Below the pieces are notes generated by a model. It was not told the DNA's origin, searched no databases, and saw nothing but the letters and a program-made list of their open reading frames with translations. From Thermoplasmata archaeon (GTDB lineage Archaea > Thermoplasmatota > Thermoplasmata > Lutacidiplasmatales > UBA184), in contig JAKAUN010000004.1 in assembly GCA_021817605.1 (NCBI GenBank), positions 68,427-132,426 of the forward strand: a stretch of DNA of 64,000 bases, given 5' to 3'. The position numbers and the translations under genes are program-made. Positions 37,589-46,925 of the stretch are shown here, one piece after another (within the stretch, counting starts at the first letter, position 1; every line of letters starts with the position of its first letter).

Positions 37589-38691
37589 CCCTCACGGAGG
37601 CCTACGACGTCGTCGTCGTCGGGGCCGGACCGGCGGGCTCGCTCGCCGCACGCGCCGCCGCCGAGGGCGGGGCGCGCACGCTCCTGGTCGACCACCGAGA
37701 GGAGCTCGGCCAGCCGGTCCAGTGCGGCGAGTTCGTCCCCTCCGCCCGCGAGCTCGAGGACGTCTTCGGCCACCCCGGGCTCGTCCGAGCCGCCTACGAT
37801 ATCCCGGCCTCGACGGTACTGCGAAGCACCCGGTTCATGGAGTGCGTGGCGCCGACGGGGAGGACGTTCCGCTTCCCCCTCGAGGGAGCCACCGTCTCCC
37901 GTCGGGCCTTCGACAAGGCGCTCGCCCTGCGGGCGGAGGGGGCCGGCGCCGAGCTGAGGTTCCCGCTCGGCGTCACCGGCGTCCACGGCGAGGAGGTCCG
38001 CTGTGCCCACGGTCCCCCCGTGCGCGCGCGGGTCGTGGTCGCCGCCGACGGGCCGACCTCGACCGTCGGGGTCTCGCTCGGCTTCCGTCCGAAGCGCACG
38101 ATGTTCCGGATGGTCTGCGCGAGCGCCGACGGACCCCTCGGCGAGAGCATCTCCCTCTACTTCGGGCGCGACGCGCCTCGGGGCTACGCCTGGTCGTTCC
38201 CCAAGGCCCACGACCTCAACGTCGGCCTCGGGGTCACCGAGCTCGACGACGGCACCAGCCTCAAGGCGCTCCTCGGCCGGTTCGTCGGCCGTCTCGGCCT
38301 CGGCGAGGCACGGGAGAGGACCGCGTGGTGGGTGCCGATCGGGCCTCCTCCGCCGAGCCTCGTCGTCGGTCGGACCCTCTTCGCGGGGGACGCAGCGAAC
38401 CTCGTCATGGCGACCAACGGCGGGGGGATCCCTACCGCGATGCTGAGCGGATGGCTCGCGGGAGGCGCCGCCGCCCGTCACCTGCAGGACGGAGTTCCCC
38501 TCGCCAGCTACGACGCCGCCTGCCACGAGACGCTCTACCCGCCGCTCGAGCGGGCGGCGACGATCTACCGCTGGGCCGAACGTTTGGCTACCCGGGACCT
38601 CCTCCTGGCAGGGGCGATGCGCTTTATCGGCCCGGCGGGTCTTGACCGGATGATGCGGCTGCGCTGGCCGACCCCGGGGAGGGCCGCGTGA
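37585..38691 (+). CDS. geranylgeranyl reductase family FAD-dependent oxidoreductase
   Basis: GTG 37585 overlaps the nuoN stop (GTGA). FAD-binding motif YDVVVVGAGPAGSLAARAAAEGG. GGR/ChlP-like throughout. Confidence 0.85.
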   Translation: MTLTEAYDVVVVGAGPAGSLAARAAAEGGARTLLVDHREELGQPVQCGEFVPSARELEDVFGHPGLVRAAYDIPASTVLRSTRFMECVAPTGRTFRFPLEGATVSRRAFDKALALRAEGAGAELRFPLGVTGVHGEEVRCAHGPPVRARVVVAADGPTSTVGVSLGFRPKRTMFRMVCASADGPLGESISLYFGRDAPRGYAWSFPKAHDLNVGLGVTELDDGTSLKALLGRFVGRLGLGEARERTAWWVPIGPPPPSLVVGRTLFAGDAANLVMATNGGGIPTAMLSGWLAGGAAARHLQDGVPLASYDAACHETLYPPLERAATIYRWAERLATRDLLLAGAMRFIGPAGLDRMMRLRWPTPGRAA

Positions 38692-39743
38692 CGAGCATCC
38701 CCGCCTCCGACACCCTGGATGCCTCGCTCGAGAGCCTGGTCGCCCGGACCCTCGGCCCGGACCCCGCCGTCGAGCTCGCCCAGCTCGTTCCCCCCCTCGT
38801 CCAGGACCTCGAGGTCGTGGAGAGGCGTCTCCACCAGGTCTTGGGGTCGACCTATCCCGAGCTCACCGAGGCGGCCCGCTACGCGACCTCGACCGGCGGA
38901 AAGAGGGTTAGGCCGCTCCTCATGGCCGCCGCCTTCCGTGCGCTCGGCCAGGAGTCGACCGGGCCCATCGTCTCGCTGGCGGCCTCCTTCCAGCTCATCC
39001 ACACCGCGACCCTCGTCCACGACGACGTCATCGACCACGCCGAGACGCGTCGCGGGCGCCCGTCGATGCCCCGGGCCTTCGGCATTCCGCTCGCTATCGT
39101 CTCGGGCGATTATCTGTTCGTGCGCGCCTTCGAGCTGGCCGCCGAGTACCCGAAGCCGATCATCCTGCGCTGCGGGGAGTCGTGCGCCGACCTGGTCGAA
39201 GGCGAGGTCCTCCAGGAGTCCTCCCGCTTCGACCTCTCCACGGGACGCGAGCGCTACTTCCGCGCCGTCGACCGCAAGACGGCGGCGATCATCTCCGCGG
39301 CCCTCGCGAGCGTCGCGGAGATCGCCGGGGCCCCCCCGGCCCAGGTCGACGCGCTCGCCACCTACGGCCGCGGGCTCGGCGTCGCCTTCCAGCTTCGGGA
39401 CGACCTCCTGGACGTCTTCGGCGACCCCGACCTGCTCGGAAAGCCGCTGTTCACCGACTTCCGCGAGGGCAACCCGACCTTGGTCGCCCTCGAGGCTTAC
39501 CACCGTCTCGACGCGAAGCGCCAGGCCGAGTTCGAGCACCTCTTCCAGCTGCGCCGCAAGAGGACCAAGCATCTTTTGCGCCTGCGCGAGCTCACCGAGC
39601 TCAGCGGGGCCGGCACCCAGATCGCCCGCGAGGCCGAGCAGTGGGCGGACGGGGCCGTGCGGGCCCTCGAGCCGATCCCGCCGGGACCGTACCGGCGCCT
39701 CCTTGAGCGGCTCGCGCGCGCCGCGGCCGAGCGACGGTTCTAG
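38688..39743 (+). CDS. trans-polyprenyl diphosphate synthase (small residues at -4/-5 of first DDxxD suggest medium/long-chain product)
   Basis: GTG 38688 overlaps the stop of the reductase gene. FARM is TATLVHDDVIDHAETRRG (Ala at -5, Thr at -4). SARM is AFQLRDDLLDVFGD. Confidence 0.85.
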   Translation: MTSIPASDTLDASLESLVARTLGPDPAVELAQLVPPLVQDLEVVERRLHQVLGSTYPELTEAARYATSTGGKRVRPLLMAAAFRALGQESTGPIVSLAASFQLIHTATLVHDDVIDHAETRRGRPSMPRAFGIPLAIVSGDYLFVRAFELAAEYPKPIILRCGESCADLVEGEVLQESSRFDLSTGRERYFRAVDRKTAAIISAALASVAEIAGAPPAQVDALATYGRGLGVAFQLRDDLLDVFGDPDLLGKPLFTDFREGNPTLVALEAYHRLDAKRQAEFEHLFQLRRKRTKHLLRLRELTELSGAGTQIAREAEQWADGAVRALEPIPPGPYRRLLERLARAAAERRF

Positions 39744-39809
39744 TTACGCGGCCCTCCCGCCTGAGGAACGAAAGCTACTTTTGCCCTCCTCCGGCTCCCC
39801 GTTCGGGCC

Positions 39810-40280
39810 GTGGCGATGGGTTCCTCCTCAGCGGCGAACGTTGCCGCCCCCGGCGCGGGAGGGGAGCCGGTCCGTTTCGGGAGCCTCCCGCCTCCCTGGC
39901 AGCCGGGCGAAGCGCGTCCGCGCCTCCCGCTCGGGGTTGCCGTCCTCGCGGTGGTCATCGGCCTCCTCGGCCTCGTGATGCTTCTCGGCGCGATCCTCTT
40001 CCTCCTCAACTTCTCCCTCGGGCCCCTCGTCCCGCGCTCGCTCGAGATCTTCACCGCGATCAACCTCGAGAGCGCCCTCGTCCTCATCCTGCTCGGTGGG
40101 GCGCTGCTCGGCGTGTCGACGGCGCTCTGGCGCCAGGAGACCTGGGCGCTCTGGACGACGGTGGTCGTCGTCTTCGCGACGACGGCCTACCTGTTCTTCA
40201 CCGGGTTCATCACGGTGCTCTTCGTGCTCTTCGTGGTGCTGCTGGTCTACCTCTTGACCGTGCGGCGCTACTTCTACTGA
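39810..40280 (+). CDS. small polytopic membrane protein, hypothetical (paralogue of 8223..8666)
   Basis: Same architecture and conserved stretches (LPLGVAVLAVVIGLLGL...ALWRQETWALWT...VLLVYLLTVRRYFY) as the ORF at 8223. Confidence 0.55.
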   Translation: MAMGSSSAANVAAPGAGGEPVRFGSLPPPWQPGEARPRLPLGVAVLAVVIGLLGLVMLLGAILFLLNFSLGPLVPRSLEIFTAINLESALVLILLGGALLGVSTALWRQETWALWTTVVVVFATTAYLFFTGFITVLFVLFVVLLVYLLTVRRYFY

Positions 40281-41101
40281 TGCGCCTGCTACTCGGCGAG
40301 CTCGCCCCGGTCCCCGGCGAGGTCGGAGAGAACCTCGCCGCCGTCGAGCGCGCCGTCCGCTCCTCCCCGTGCGATCTCGCCGTCTTCCCCGAGATGTTCC
40401 TCTCGGGCTACCGGCTCGGCGACCGGGTCCACGCCCTCGCCCTCCGCGAGGGGGACGAGAGCTTCGTGCGCCTCGCTCGGCTCGCCCGCGAGAGCTCGAC
40501 CGCCCTTCTCCTCGGCGCCCCCGTCGCCTCGGGAGGGCGTGCGGGGGAGGTGGAGAACGCCGCGCTCCTCTTCGCTCCGGACGGCTCCGCGTCGCGCCAG
40601 GTCAAGCGCTATCTCCCGAACTTCGGGCCGTTCGACGAGGCGCTCACCTTCACTCCGACCGACCGCAGCCACAGCCTCCGACTGGGAGCGAGGAAGCTGG
40701 GCGTGGAGATCTGCTACGACGTCTTCTTCCCCGAGGTCTCGCGCGAGCTCGCCCTGGACGGCTCCGAGATCCTGGTGGCGATCTCGGCCTCGCCGGTGAC
40801 GAGCCGCAGGCTCTTTGAGCGCCTTCTCCCCGCCCGGGCGATAGAGAACGGCCTGCCGGTCGTCTACGTGAACCGCGTAGGGGTCGAGGACGGTCTCGTC
40901 TTCGGTGGCGGCTCGGGAGTCTGGGACCCGCGAGGAGAGCCGGTGCCCCTGGTCGCAGGGGCGACCGAGCCGAGGGAGGCCGAGGAGCGACTCCTCACGG
41001 CGGAGGTCGACCTCGACGCGGCCCGACGCTGGCGGCCGTTCCGGCCGGTCCTGCGCGACGTCGCTTCCCGCCCGCCAGCCTCCGGGACGCAGGGCAGCTA
41101 G
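40280..41101 (+). CDS. carbon-nitrogen hydrolase (nitrilase superfamily) protein
   Basis: Catalytic triad context FPEMFLSGY...RQVKRYLPNFGPFDE...EICYD. Confidence 0.8.
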   Translation: MRLLLGELAPVPGEVGENLAAVERAVRSSPCDLAVFPEMFLSGYRLGDRVHALALREGDESFVRLARLARESSTALLLGAPVASGGRAGEVENAALLFAPDGSASRQVKRYLPNFGPFDEALTFTPTDRSHSLRLGARKLGVEICYDVFFPEVSRELALDGSEILVAISASPVTSRRLFERLLPARAIENGLPVVYVNRVGVEDGLVFGGGSGVWDPRGEPVPLVAGATEPREAEERLLTAEVDLDAARRWRPFRPVLRDVASRPPASGTQGS

Positions 41102-41160
41102 CGAGTCGGCGTTCGGTTCGAGCGAGCCTGTTATAGCGGCCGAGACTACGAGAAGGATCG

Positions 41161-43185
41161 GTGCCTGCGTCCCTCACCATCGCCCAGCAGCTCGCGGCCA
41201 AACAGCGCGAGATCTCCGTCGCCGAGTTCTTCGAGCGCAACCGTCAGATCCTCGGCTTCGACAACCTCCAGCGGGCGCTGCTCACGACGGTCAAGGAGGC
41301 CGCCGACAACGTCCTGGACGCTTGCGAAGAGTCCGGCATCCTCCCCGAGCTCACGGTCGAGATCGCCAAGGAGGGAGAGGACCGCTACCGCGTCTCGGTC
41401 TCCGACAACGGACCGGGGATCTTGCGCAAGGAGATCCCGAACGTCTTCGCCCGCCTCCTCTACGGCTCGAGGTTCCACTCCCACCGGCAGGCCCGAGGCC
41501 AGCAGGGGATCGGCATCTCGGCGGCGGTCCTCTACTCCAACCTCACGACCAACCGGCCGGCCCGGATCACCTCCAAGGTCGAGGAGGAGGAGGTCGCCCA
41601 CGTCCTCGATCTCTTCCTCGACACCCAGAAGAACCAGCCCCGGGTCGTCCGGGACGAGGTCGAGATCTGGGACCGGCCGCACGGAACGCGCATCGAGCTC
41701 AGCCTCAAGGCCCGCTACGTGCGAGCTCGCCAATCCCCCCTCGAGTACCTGCGCGGGACCGCGATCGTCAACCCCCACGCGCGCATCGTCCTGGTCGAGC
41801 CGGACGGCACGCGGCTCACTTTCGAGAGGGCGAGCTCCGAGCCGCCTCCCCCCGCCCGCGAGACGCTCCCGCATCCCTACGGCCTCGAGCTCGGCGAGCT
41901 CGCCCACCTCCTCAAGGCGAGCCGTCGGTCGACCCTCACCGAGTTCCTCACCAAGGACCTCCAGGGGGTGAGCCTCCGCGCGGCGAAGGAGGCGCTTCTC
42001 GGCGCCCGGCTGAGCGGCTCCGCCAAGCCGGCGAGCGTCGAGGGGGAGCCTCTCGAGAAGCTCCTCACGTCGCTCCAGTCGGTGACCCTGATCGCGCCGA
42101 GCGCTGACGGCCTCTCGCCGATCGGCGCGATGCTCATCAAGCGCGGCCTGCGCAACGTCCTCGGGGAGCTGAGGCCGGAGTTCTTCGCCCCGCCGGTGAG
42201 CCGTCCCCCCCGCGTCCGGGGAGGCTTTCCGTTCATGGTCGAGATCGGCCTCGTCTACGGCGGCGGGCTTCCCGCCGACCAGCCGATGCAGATCCTTCGG
42301 TTCGCCAACCGCGTCCCCCTCCTCTTCCAGCAGGGGGCCTGCGCCATCACCAACGCGATCGCCTCGATGGACTGGCGCCGCTACGGCCTCGACCAGAAGG
42401 GCGGCAGCGGGGTCCCCGTCGGGCCGGCGCTCGTGCTGGTCCATGTCGCCTCGACCAAGGTCCCCTTCACGAGCGAGGCGAAGGAGGCCGTCGCCGAGGA
42501 CCCCGAGCTCGACCGCGAGATCACCCTCGCCCTCCAGGCCTCCGCGCGCCACCTGAGGACCCACCTAACGAGGATGAGCCGACGCGACTTCGCGAGCGAG
42601 AAGTTCGCCATCATCCAGCGGATCCTCCCCCGGCTCGCCGAGAAGACGAGCCACCTGCTCGGAAAGCCGGTCCCCGATCTGACCCCGGTGATCACCCGCA
42701 TCATGGACGTGGTCAACGTGGAGACCTCCCTCGTCAAGGAGCCCGGGGCGCTTCGCCTGCCGGTCGAGGTCACGAACTACACGCCGCGGCCGCGCGTGCT
42801 CGAGCTCTTCCTCGAGATCGCCCCGGAGATGTTCGGGGCCGCCGCCTTCGACCCCGCGCCGGACGGGACCGACCCCGCCCTCGGAAGGGCCTGGTGGACG
42901 CTCCCGAAGCTCGCGCCGAACGGCCGGACGCGGCTTACGGTCACGCTGCCGAAGGAGGCCGACATAGAGGCCAACGACCTCGACTGGTTCGTCGCCGGCG
43001 TGGACGAGGCGCGCCTCCTGGGCGCCGACCCGCTTCCCGGCGACTGGGAGGTGCGCCTTCCGCGCACGATCGTCGAGGCTGCCGAGGCGGCTGCCGCGGA
43101 CGCGGCGGCGGGCTCGGCGAAAGAGGAAGGGGAGGTCGATTACGATGCCGCCGAAGCGAGCGAAGGCGTCCGCGACGAAGACTGA
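41161..43185 (+). CDS. top6B: DNA topoisomerase VI subunit B
   Basis: GHKL ATPase Bergerat fold (EAADNVLDA...SDNGPGI...[10 protein letters not shown]) and a transducer domain. GTG start. Confidence 0.9.
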   Translation: MPASLTIAQQLAAKQREISVAEFFERNRQILGFDNLQRALLTTVKEAADNVLDACEESGILPELTVEIAKEGEDRYRVSVSDNGPGILRKEIPNVFARLLYGSRFHSHRQARGQQGIGISAAVLYSNLTTNRPARITSKVEEEEVAHVLDLFLDTQKNQPRVVRDEVEIWDRPHGTRIELSLKARYVRARQSPLEYLRGTAIVNPHARIVLVEPDGTRLTFERASSEPPPPARETLPHPYGLELGELAHLLKASRRSTLTEFLTKDLQGVSLRAAKEALLGARLSGSAKPASVEGEPLEKLLTSLQSVTLIAPSADGLSPIGAMLIKRGLRNVLGELRPEFFAPPVSRPPRVRGGFPFMVEIGLVYGGGLPADQPMQILRFANRVPLLFQQGACAITNAIASMDWRRYGLDQKGGSGVPVGPALVLVHVASTKVPFTSEAKEAVAEDPELDREITLALQASARHLRTHLTRMSRRDFASEKFAIIQRILPRLAEKTSHLLGKPVPDLTPVITRIMDVVNVETSLVKEPGALRLPVEVTNYTPRPRVLELFLEIAPEMFGAAAFDPAPDGTDPALGRAWWTLPKLAPNGRTRLTVTLPKEADIEANDLDWFVAGVDEARLLGADPLPGDWEVRLPRTIVEAAEAAAADAAAGSAKEEGEVDYDAAEASEGVRDED

Positions 43186-44284
43186 CGAGGAACCCGTCAC
43201 GGTGAGGGCGGACGCCCTCGCCCCGACCTTGACCCTCGCCAAGGAGATCTACGCGCAGCTCGCCGGTGGGGAGATCCCCCGGATGCGCCTTCCGCTGCGC
43301 ACGAAGCAGAACCTCTCCTTCCATCCGCGCGAGGGGGTCTGGAAGCTCGGCAAGGCGATGGGCACGCGCAGCGCGCGCAAGCTCGACGGGGCGCTCATGC
43401 TGCTGCGGACCTTCTACCTGGTCGACTTCATCAACGAGATGTCCGCCGACAAGAAGACCTCCACGCTCCGCGAGCTCTACTACATCAGCGAGGGATGGGA
43501 CGACGCGAAGTTCCACAGCGAGGACGAGTCGAACCTCCTCATCGAGGACCTCGAGGTCCTCTGCGACCGCCTGCGGGAGGACTTCCGCCTCCATCCGGAG
43601 GAGAACGGCGCCTCGGTCATCGGCGACCTCACCCTCAAGGAGCGCAACCGCAAGGGGATCGTCAAGAAGTTCAACTGCCGCGACGACGTGGGCGACGGGG
43701 GCTACTCGCTCCCGTTCAACGTCGAGAAGGAGAAGATCGAGTTCGTCTCCACGGGAGCGAAGTTCGTCGTCGCCATCGAGTGCGGCGGGATGGTCGATCG
43801 TCTCGCGGAGAACGGCTTTGACGAGAAGTACAACGCGGTCCTCCTGCATCTCAAGGGCCAGCCGGCCCGCTCGACGCGCCGCTTCCTCAAGCGGATGAAC
43901 GAGGAGCTCAAGCTTCCCGTCGTCGTCTTCACCGACGGCGACCCGTGGTCGTTCCGCATCTTCGCGAGCGTCGCCTACGGTGCGATCAAGACCGCGCACC
44001 TCTCGCCGTACCTCGCCACCCCCTCCGCGGAGTTCCTGGGCGTGACCGCCTCCGACATCGAGAACTACGACCTGCCCCACGACAAGCTTTCCGAGCAGGA
44101 CGTGCGCGCCCTCGAGGCGGAGCTCACCGACCCGAGGTTCGGCACGGCGGAGTGGCGCAGCGAGATCGAGCTCATGCTCAAGAACGGCAAGAAGGCCGAG
44201 CAGCAGTCGCTCGCCAAGTACGGCCTCAACTTCGTGACCGACCGCTACCTTCCCGAGAAGCTCGGGGAGATGGGCGCCCTGTAG
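43145..44284 (+). CDS. top6A: DNA topoisomerase VI subunit A (Spo11 homologue)
   Basis: Winged-helix/catalytic-Tyr region and a Toprim domain ([13 protein letters not shown]...[15 protein letters not shown]). 41-nt overlap with top6B. Confidence 0.9.
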   Translation: MPPKRAKASATKTDEEPVTVRADALAPTLTLAKEIYAQLAGGEIPRMRLPLRTKQNLSFHPREGVWKLGKAMGTRSARKLDGALMLLRTFYLVDFINEMSADKKTSTLRELYYISEGWDDAKFHSEDESNLLIEDLEVLCDRLREDFRLHPEENGASVIGDLTLKERNRKGIVKKFNCRDDVGDGGYSLPFNVEKEKIEFVSTGAKFVVAIECGGMVDRLAENGFDEKYNAVLLHLKGQPARSTRRFLKRMNEELKLPVVVFTDGDPWSFRIFASVAYGAIKTAHLSPYLATPSAEFLGVTASDIENYDLPHDKLSEQDVRALEAELTDPRFGTAEWRSEIELMLKNGKKAEQQSLAKYGLNFVTDRYLPEKLGEMGAL

Positions 44285-44359
44285 GGCCTCCCGGCCGCTT
44301 CGGCACGTCGCGTGGAACACCCTTCGCAACGCTTAACCCCCCTTGCGAATCCCGTTCCC

Positions 44360-45088
44360 ATGCCCTGGACGTCGGGCCAGAAGTACCTCGCCGAATTCGT
44401 CGGAACGATGGGGCTCCTCCTCGCCGTGGGAGGAGCGGCGGTCTTCAGCCTCCAGACCATCGACTCCCTCGCACGCGTGGCAGTGATCAGTCTGTCGGTC
44501 GGCTTCGGGCTGGTCGGGCTCATCTACGCCCTCGGCGACATCTCGGGGGCGCACTTCAACCCCGCCGTGACGATCGCCGCCTGGGCCGCCGGGAGGTTCC
44601 CGGGCCGCGACGTGGTCCCCTACATCCTCTCCCAGGCCGCCGGCGCCGTGCTGGGGATGGGGATCATCGCGGGGATCGCCTACGGCAACCCCCGGTTCTT
44701 CCCCACCGCTCAGGCGAGCGCGCTCGCCTCGCAGTGCTACTCGGCCGGATCGGTCCTCTGCGGCGGCTTCGGGGTCGGCGCGGTCTTCCTCATCGAGGTC
44801 GTGATGACGTTCCTTTTGGTCCTCGCCATCCTCTTCGCGACGCGCCCCGAGGCGAGCGGCAAGGGGTTCGCCCCTCTCGCGATCGGCCTCACCCTCCTCA
44901 TGACCAACCTGGTCGCCATCCCCGTCGACGGGGCTTCGATCAACCCGGCCCGCAGCTTCGGGCCGGCGGTGGTCTCCTCGCTCTGGTCGAGCGGTAACTG
45001 GGCGATCGGACAGGACTGGCTGTTCTGGGTCGCGCCGATCCTCGGCGGGCTCTTCGCCGCGCTGGTCGCCCGGGGCCTTCGCGAGTAG
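44360..45088 (+). CDS. aqpM: aquaporin/MIP family channel
   Basis: Start at ATG 44360 (MPWTSGQKYLAEFVGT...). Two NPA motifs (HFNPAVT, SINPARS). Confidence 0.85.
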   Translation: MPWTSGQKYLAEFVGTMGLLLAVGGAAVFSLQTIDSLARVAVISLSVGFGLVGLIYALGDISGAHFNPAVTIAAWAAGRFPGRDVVPYILSQAAGAVLGMGIIAGIAYGNPRFFPTAQASALASQCYSAGSVLCGGFGVGAVFLIEVVMTFLLVLAILFATRPEASGKGFAPLAIGLTLLMTNLVAIPVDGASINPARSFGPAVVSSLWSSGNWAIGQDWLFWVAPILGGLFAALVARGLRE

Positions 45089-45100
45089 GCCCGGCGGCGC

Positions 45101-45520
45101 TCAGGGGGCCACGCCGAGCGCGGCGAGGCCCTCGTTGGTGAGGAGCGAGCCCGCGAGTTCGACCGGGGCGTAGACGAACGTCCCGTTCGGGGCGGCGAGC
45201 CGTCGCCAGCGGACATCCTGTTCGGAGAACTCGGAGGGCTCGGCGGAGACCTCGACCACGGGCTCGACCGGGACGGGAAGCGGCGCACCGCCGTCCTTCG
45301 CGAGGCGGAGGGTGTCGGACGGCCCGTCGTAGACGACCCAGCCCCTCGGGACGACTACACAGAGATGGATCAGGCGGGGCCGGAAGCGGCTCTCGCTCTC
45401 CGTTTCCGTCCGCGAGAAGACCGCATAGCTGCTGCCGCCCAGCTCGACCGCGCGCTCGAAGGAGAACGAGCGCTGGCGGAACTCGAGGACGTTCACCTCG
45501 AGGTCGGCGAGCTCGAGCAC
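45101..45520 (-). CDS. hypothetical protein
   Basis: GTG start. GC3-rich codon usage. No recognisable motif. Confidence 0.35.
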   Translation of the reverse strand: MLELADLEVNVLEFRQRSFSFERAVELGGSSYAVFSRTETESESRFRPRLIHLCVVVPRGWVVYDGPSDTLRLAKDGGAPLPVPVEPVVEVSAEPSEFSEQDVRWRRLAAPNGTFVYAPVELAGSLLTNEGLAALGVAP

Positions 45521-45623
45521 GCTGAGTCGATGCGCGGGACGCTACTTGACCTGCCGGCACGGTGGGCCCGTGTCGCCTCGGGGGCCCCGCCGGCCCCCGG
45601 CGAGGTTCCCGGTCGGAGGCAAG

Positions 45624-45632
45624 CTAATAAAG
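45624..45632 (+). promoter_or_regulatory. TATA box (CTAATAAAG) ~43 nt upstream of rpl41e ATG
   Basis: Isolated AT-rich nonamer in GC-rich DNA. Confidence 0.35.
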
Positions 45633-45670
45633 CAGGGCCCGTACCGAGCCCCCGTTCGGGACGTCTCGGA

Positions 45671-45778
45671 ATGAAACGCTCCTCTCGGGTCTGGAAGAAG
45701 CGCGGCCACATGCGGTGGAAGTGGCGCAAGAAGCGGATGCGCCGCCGCATGAGGGCGCAGAAGATGCGCAAGCAGTAG
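45671..45778 (+). CDS. rpl41e: 50S ribosomal protein L41e (35 aa)
   Basis: [35 protein letters not shown] matches the eukaryotic/archaeal L41 consensus [25 protein letters not shown]. Absent from the ORF track (below 60 aa) except as the tail of a spurious longer ORF. Confidence 0.7.
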   Translation: [35 protein letters not shown]

Positions 45779-45828
45779 GCAGAGCCTTTCGCCAACCTTT
45801 CGGGCGGCGGCCTTCGGGCCGCCGCCGT

Positions 45829-46044
45829 TCACCAACCCGCCCGGTCGAGCTTTCTCTTCTCCTTGGTGGCCTTCTTCCACTCCCGGTAGTGCTCGCGGCA
45901 GAGCGGGGCCCGTCGGCCCTTCTCGGGCAGGTCGGAGAACGCCCTGCGTGCCTCGGCGAGCGCCAAGTGGCGGACCGCCGGTGCGCCGCACTGCGGCACG
46001 AGGCAGGGGTCCTCTTCGGCGGTCTCCTCGGAAGGAGCGCTCAT
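45829..46044 (-). CDS. small Cys/His-containing basic protein translationally coupled (ATGA) to sucD
   Basis: Its start overlaps the sucD stop (46041-46044). Contains CLVPQCG ... CREHY as possible zinc ligands and a Lys-rich tail. Confidence 0.4.
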   Translation of the reverse strand: MSAPSEETAEEDPCLVPQCGAPAVRHLALAEARRAFSDLPEKGRRAPLCREHYREWKKATKEKRKLDRAGW

Positions 46045-46925
46045 CGTCGCTCGAGCTTGCGGGCGATCTCCGCTACCATCTCGGGGACCTCGTAGGGGAA
46101 GCGGGCGACCTTCGCGCCCGCGTGCTCGAGGGCGGCGAGCTTCGTGGCCGCGGTGCCCTTGCCGCGCGAGATGATCGCTCCGGCGTGGCCCATCCGCTTG
46201 CCGGGCGGGGCGCTGCGGCCCGCGATGTAGGCGACCACGGGCTTGGTGAACCGCGCCCGGATCTCCTCGGCTGCGTCCTCTTCCGCCGTTCCCCCGATCT
46301 CGCCGACCATGACCAAGAGATCGGTCTCCTTGTCGGCCTCGAACATCGGCAGGGCGTCGACGAACGAGGTGCCGACCACGGGGTCTCCCCCGAGGCCGAT
46401 GCAGGTCGACTGGCCGAGGCCGTGTTCCTTGATCCCGTTGACGATCTCGTAGGTCAGGGTCCCGCTTCGGGAGATGACGCCGACACGCCCCCGGCGGAAG
46501 ACGACGTTGGGGATGATGCCGACCTTCGCCTTCTCGGGGGAGGCGATCCCCGGGCAGTTCGGCCCGATGATGCGGGCTCCCTTCGAGCGCGCGTAGTGGT
46601 ACATCACGAGCATGTCGTGGAACGGGATGTGCTCGGTGACGAGCACGCAGAGCCGTATGCCGGCGTCCACCGCTTCGATTAGGGCGTCCTTGGCGAACGG
46701 CGCCGGGACGAAGATCACGCTCGCGTTCGCCCGGCTCGCGCGCACCGCCGACAGCACGTCGTCGTGGACCGGGACCCCCTCGACGGTCGACCCGCCCTTG
46801 CCGGGGGTCACGCCGGCGACCACCTGCGTGCCGAACTCCTTCATCGCCCGCGTGTGCACGGTGCCCTGATGGCCGGTGATCCCCTGGACGAGGACGCGCG
46901 TGTCGTGGTCGACGAGCACGCTCAT
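46041..46925 (-). CDS. sucD: succinyl-CoA synthetase alpha subunit
   Basis: CoA-binding/His-phosphorylation motifs (SRSGTLTYE, GHAGAII). Confidence 0.9.
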   Translation of the reverse strand: MSVLVDHDTRVLVQGITGHQGTVHTRAMKEFGTQVVAGVTPGKGGSTVEGVPVHDDVLSAVRASRANASVIFVPAPFAKDALIEAVDAGIRLCVLVTEHIPFHDMLVMYHYARSKGARIIGPNCPGIASPEKAKVGIIPNVVFRRGRVGVISRSGTLTYEIVNGIKEHGLGQSTCIGLGGDPVVGTSFVDALPMFEADKETDLLVMVGEIGGTAEEDAAEEIRARFTKPVVAYIAGRSAPPGKRMGHAGAIISRGKGTAATKLAALEHAGAKVARFPYEVPEMVAEIARKLERR

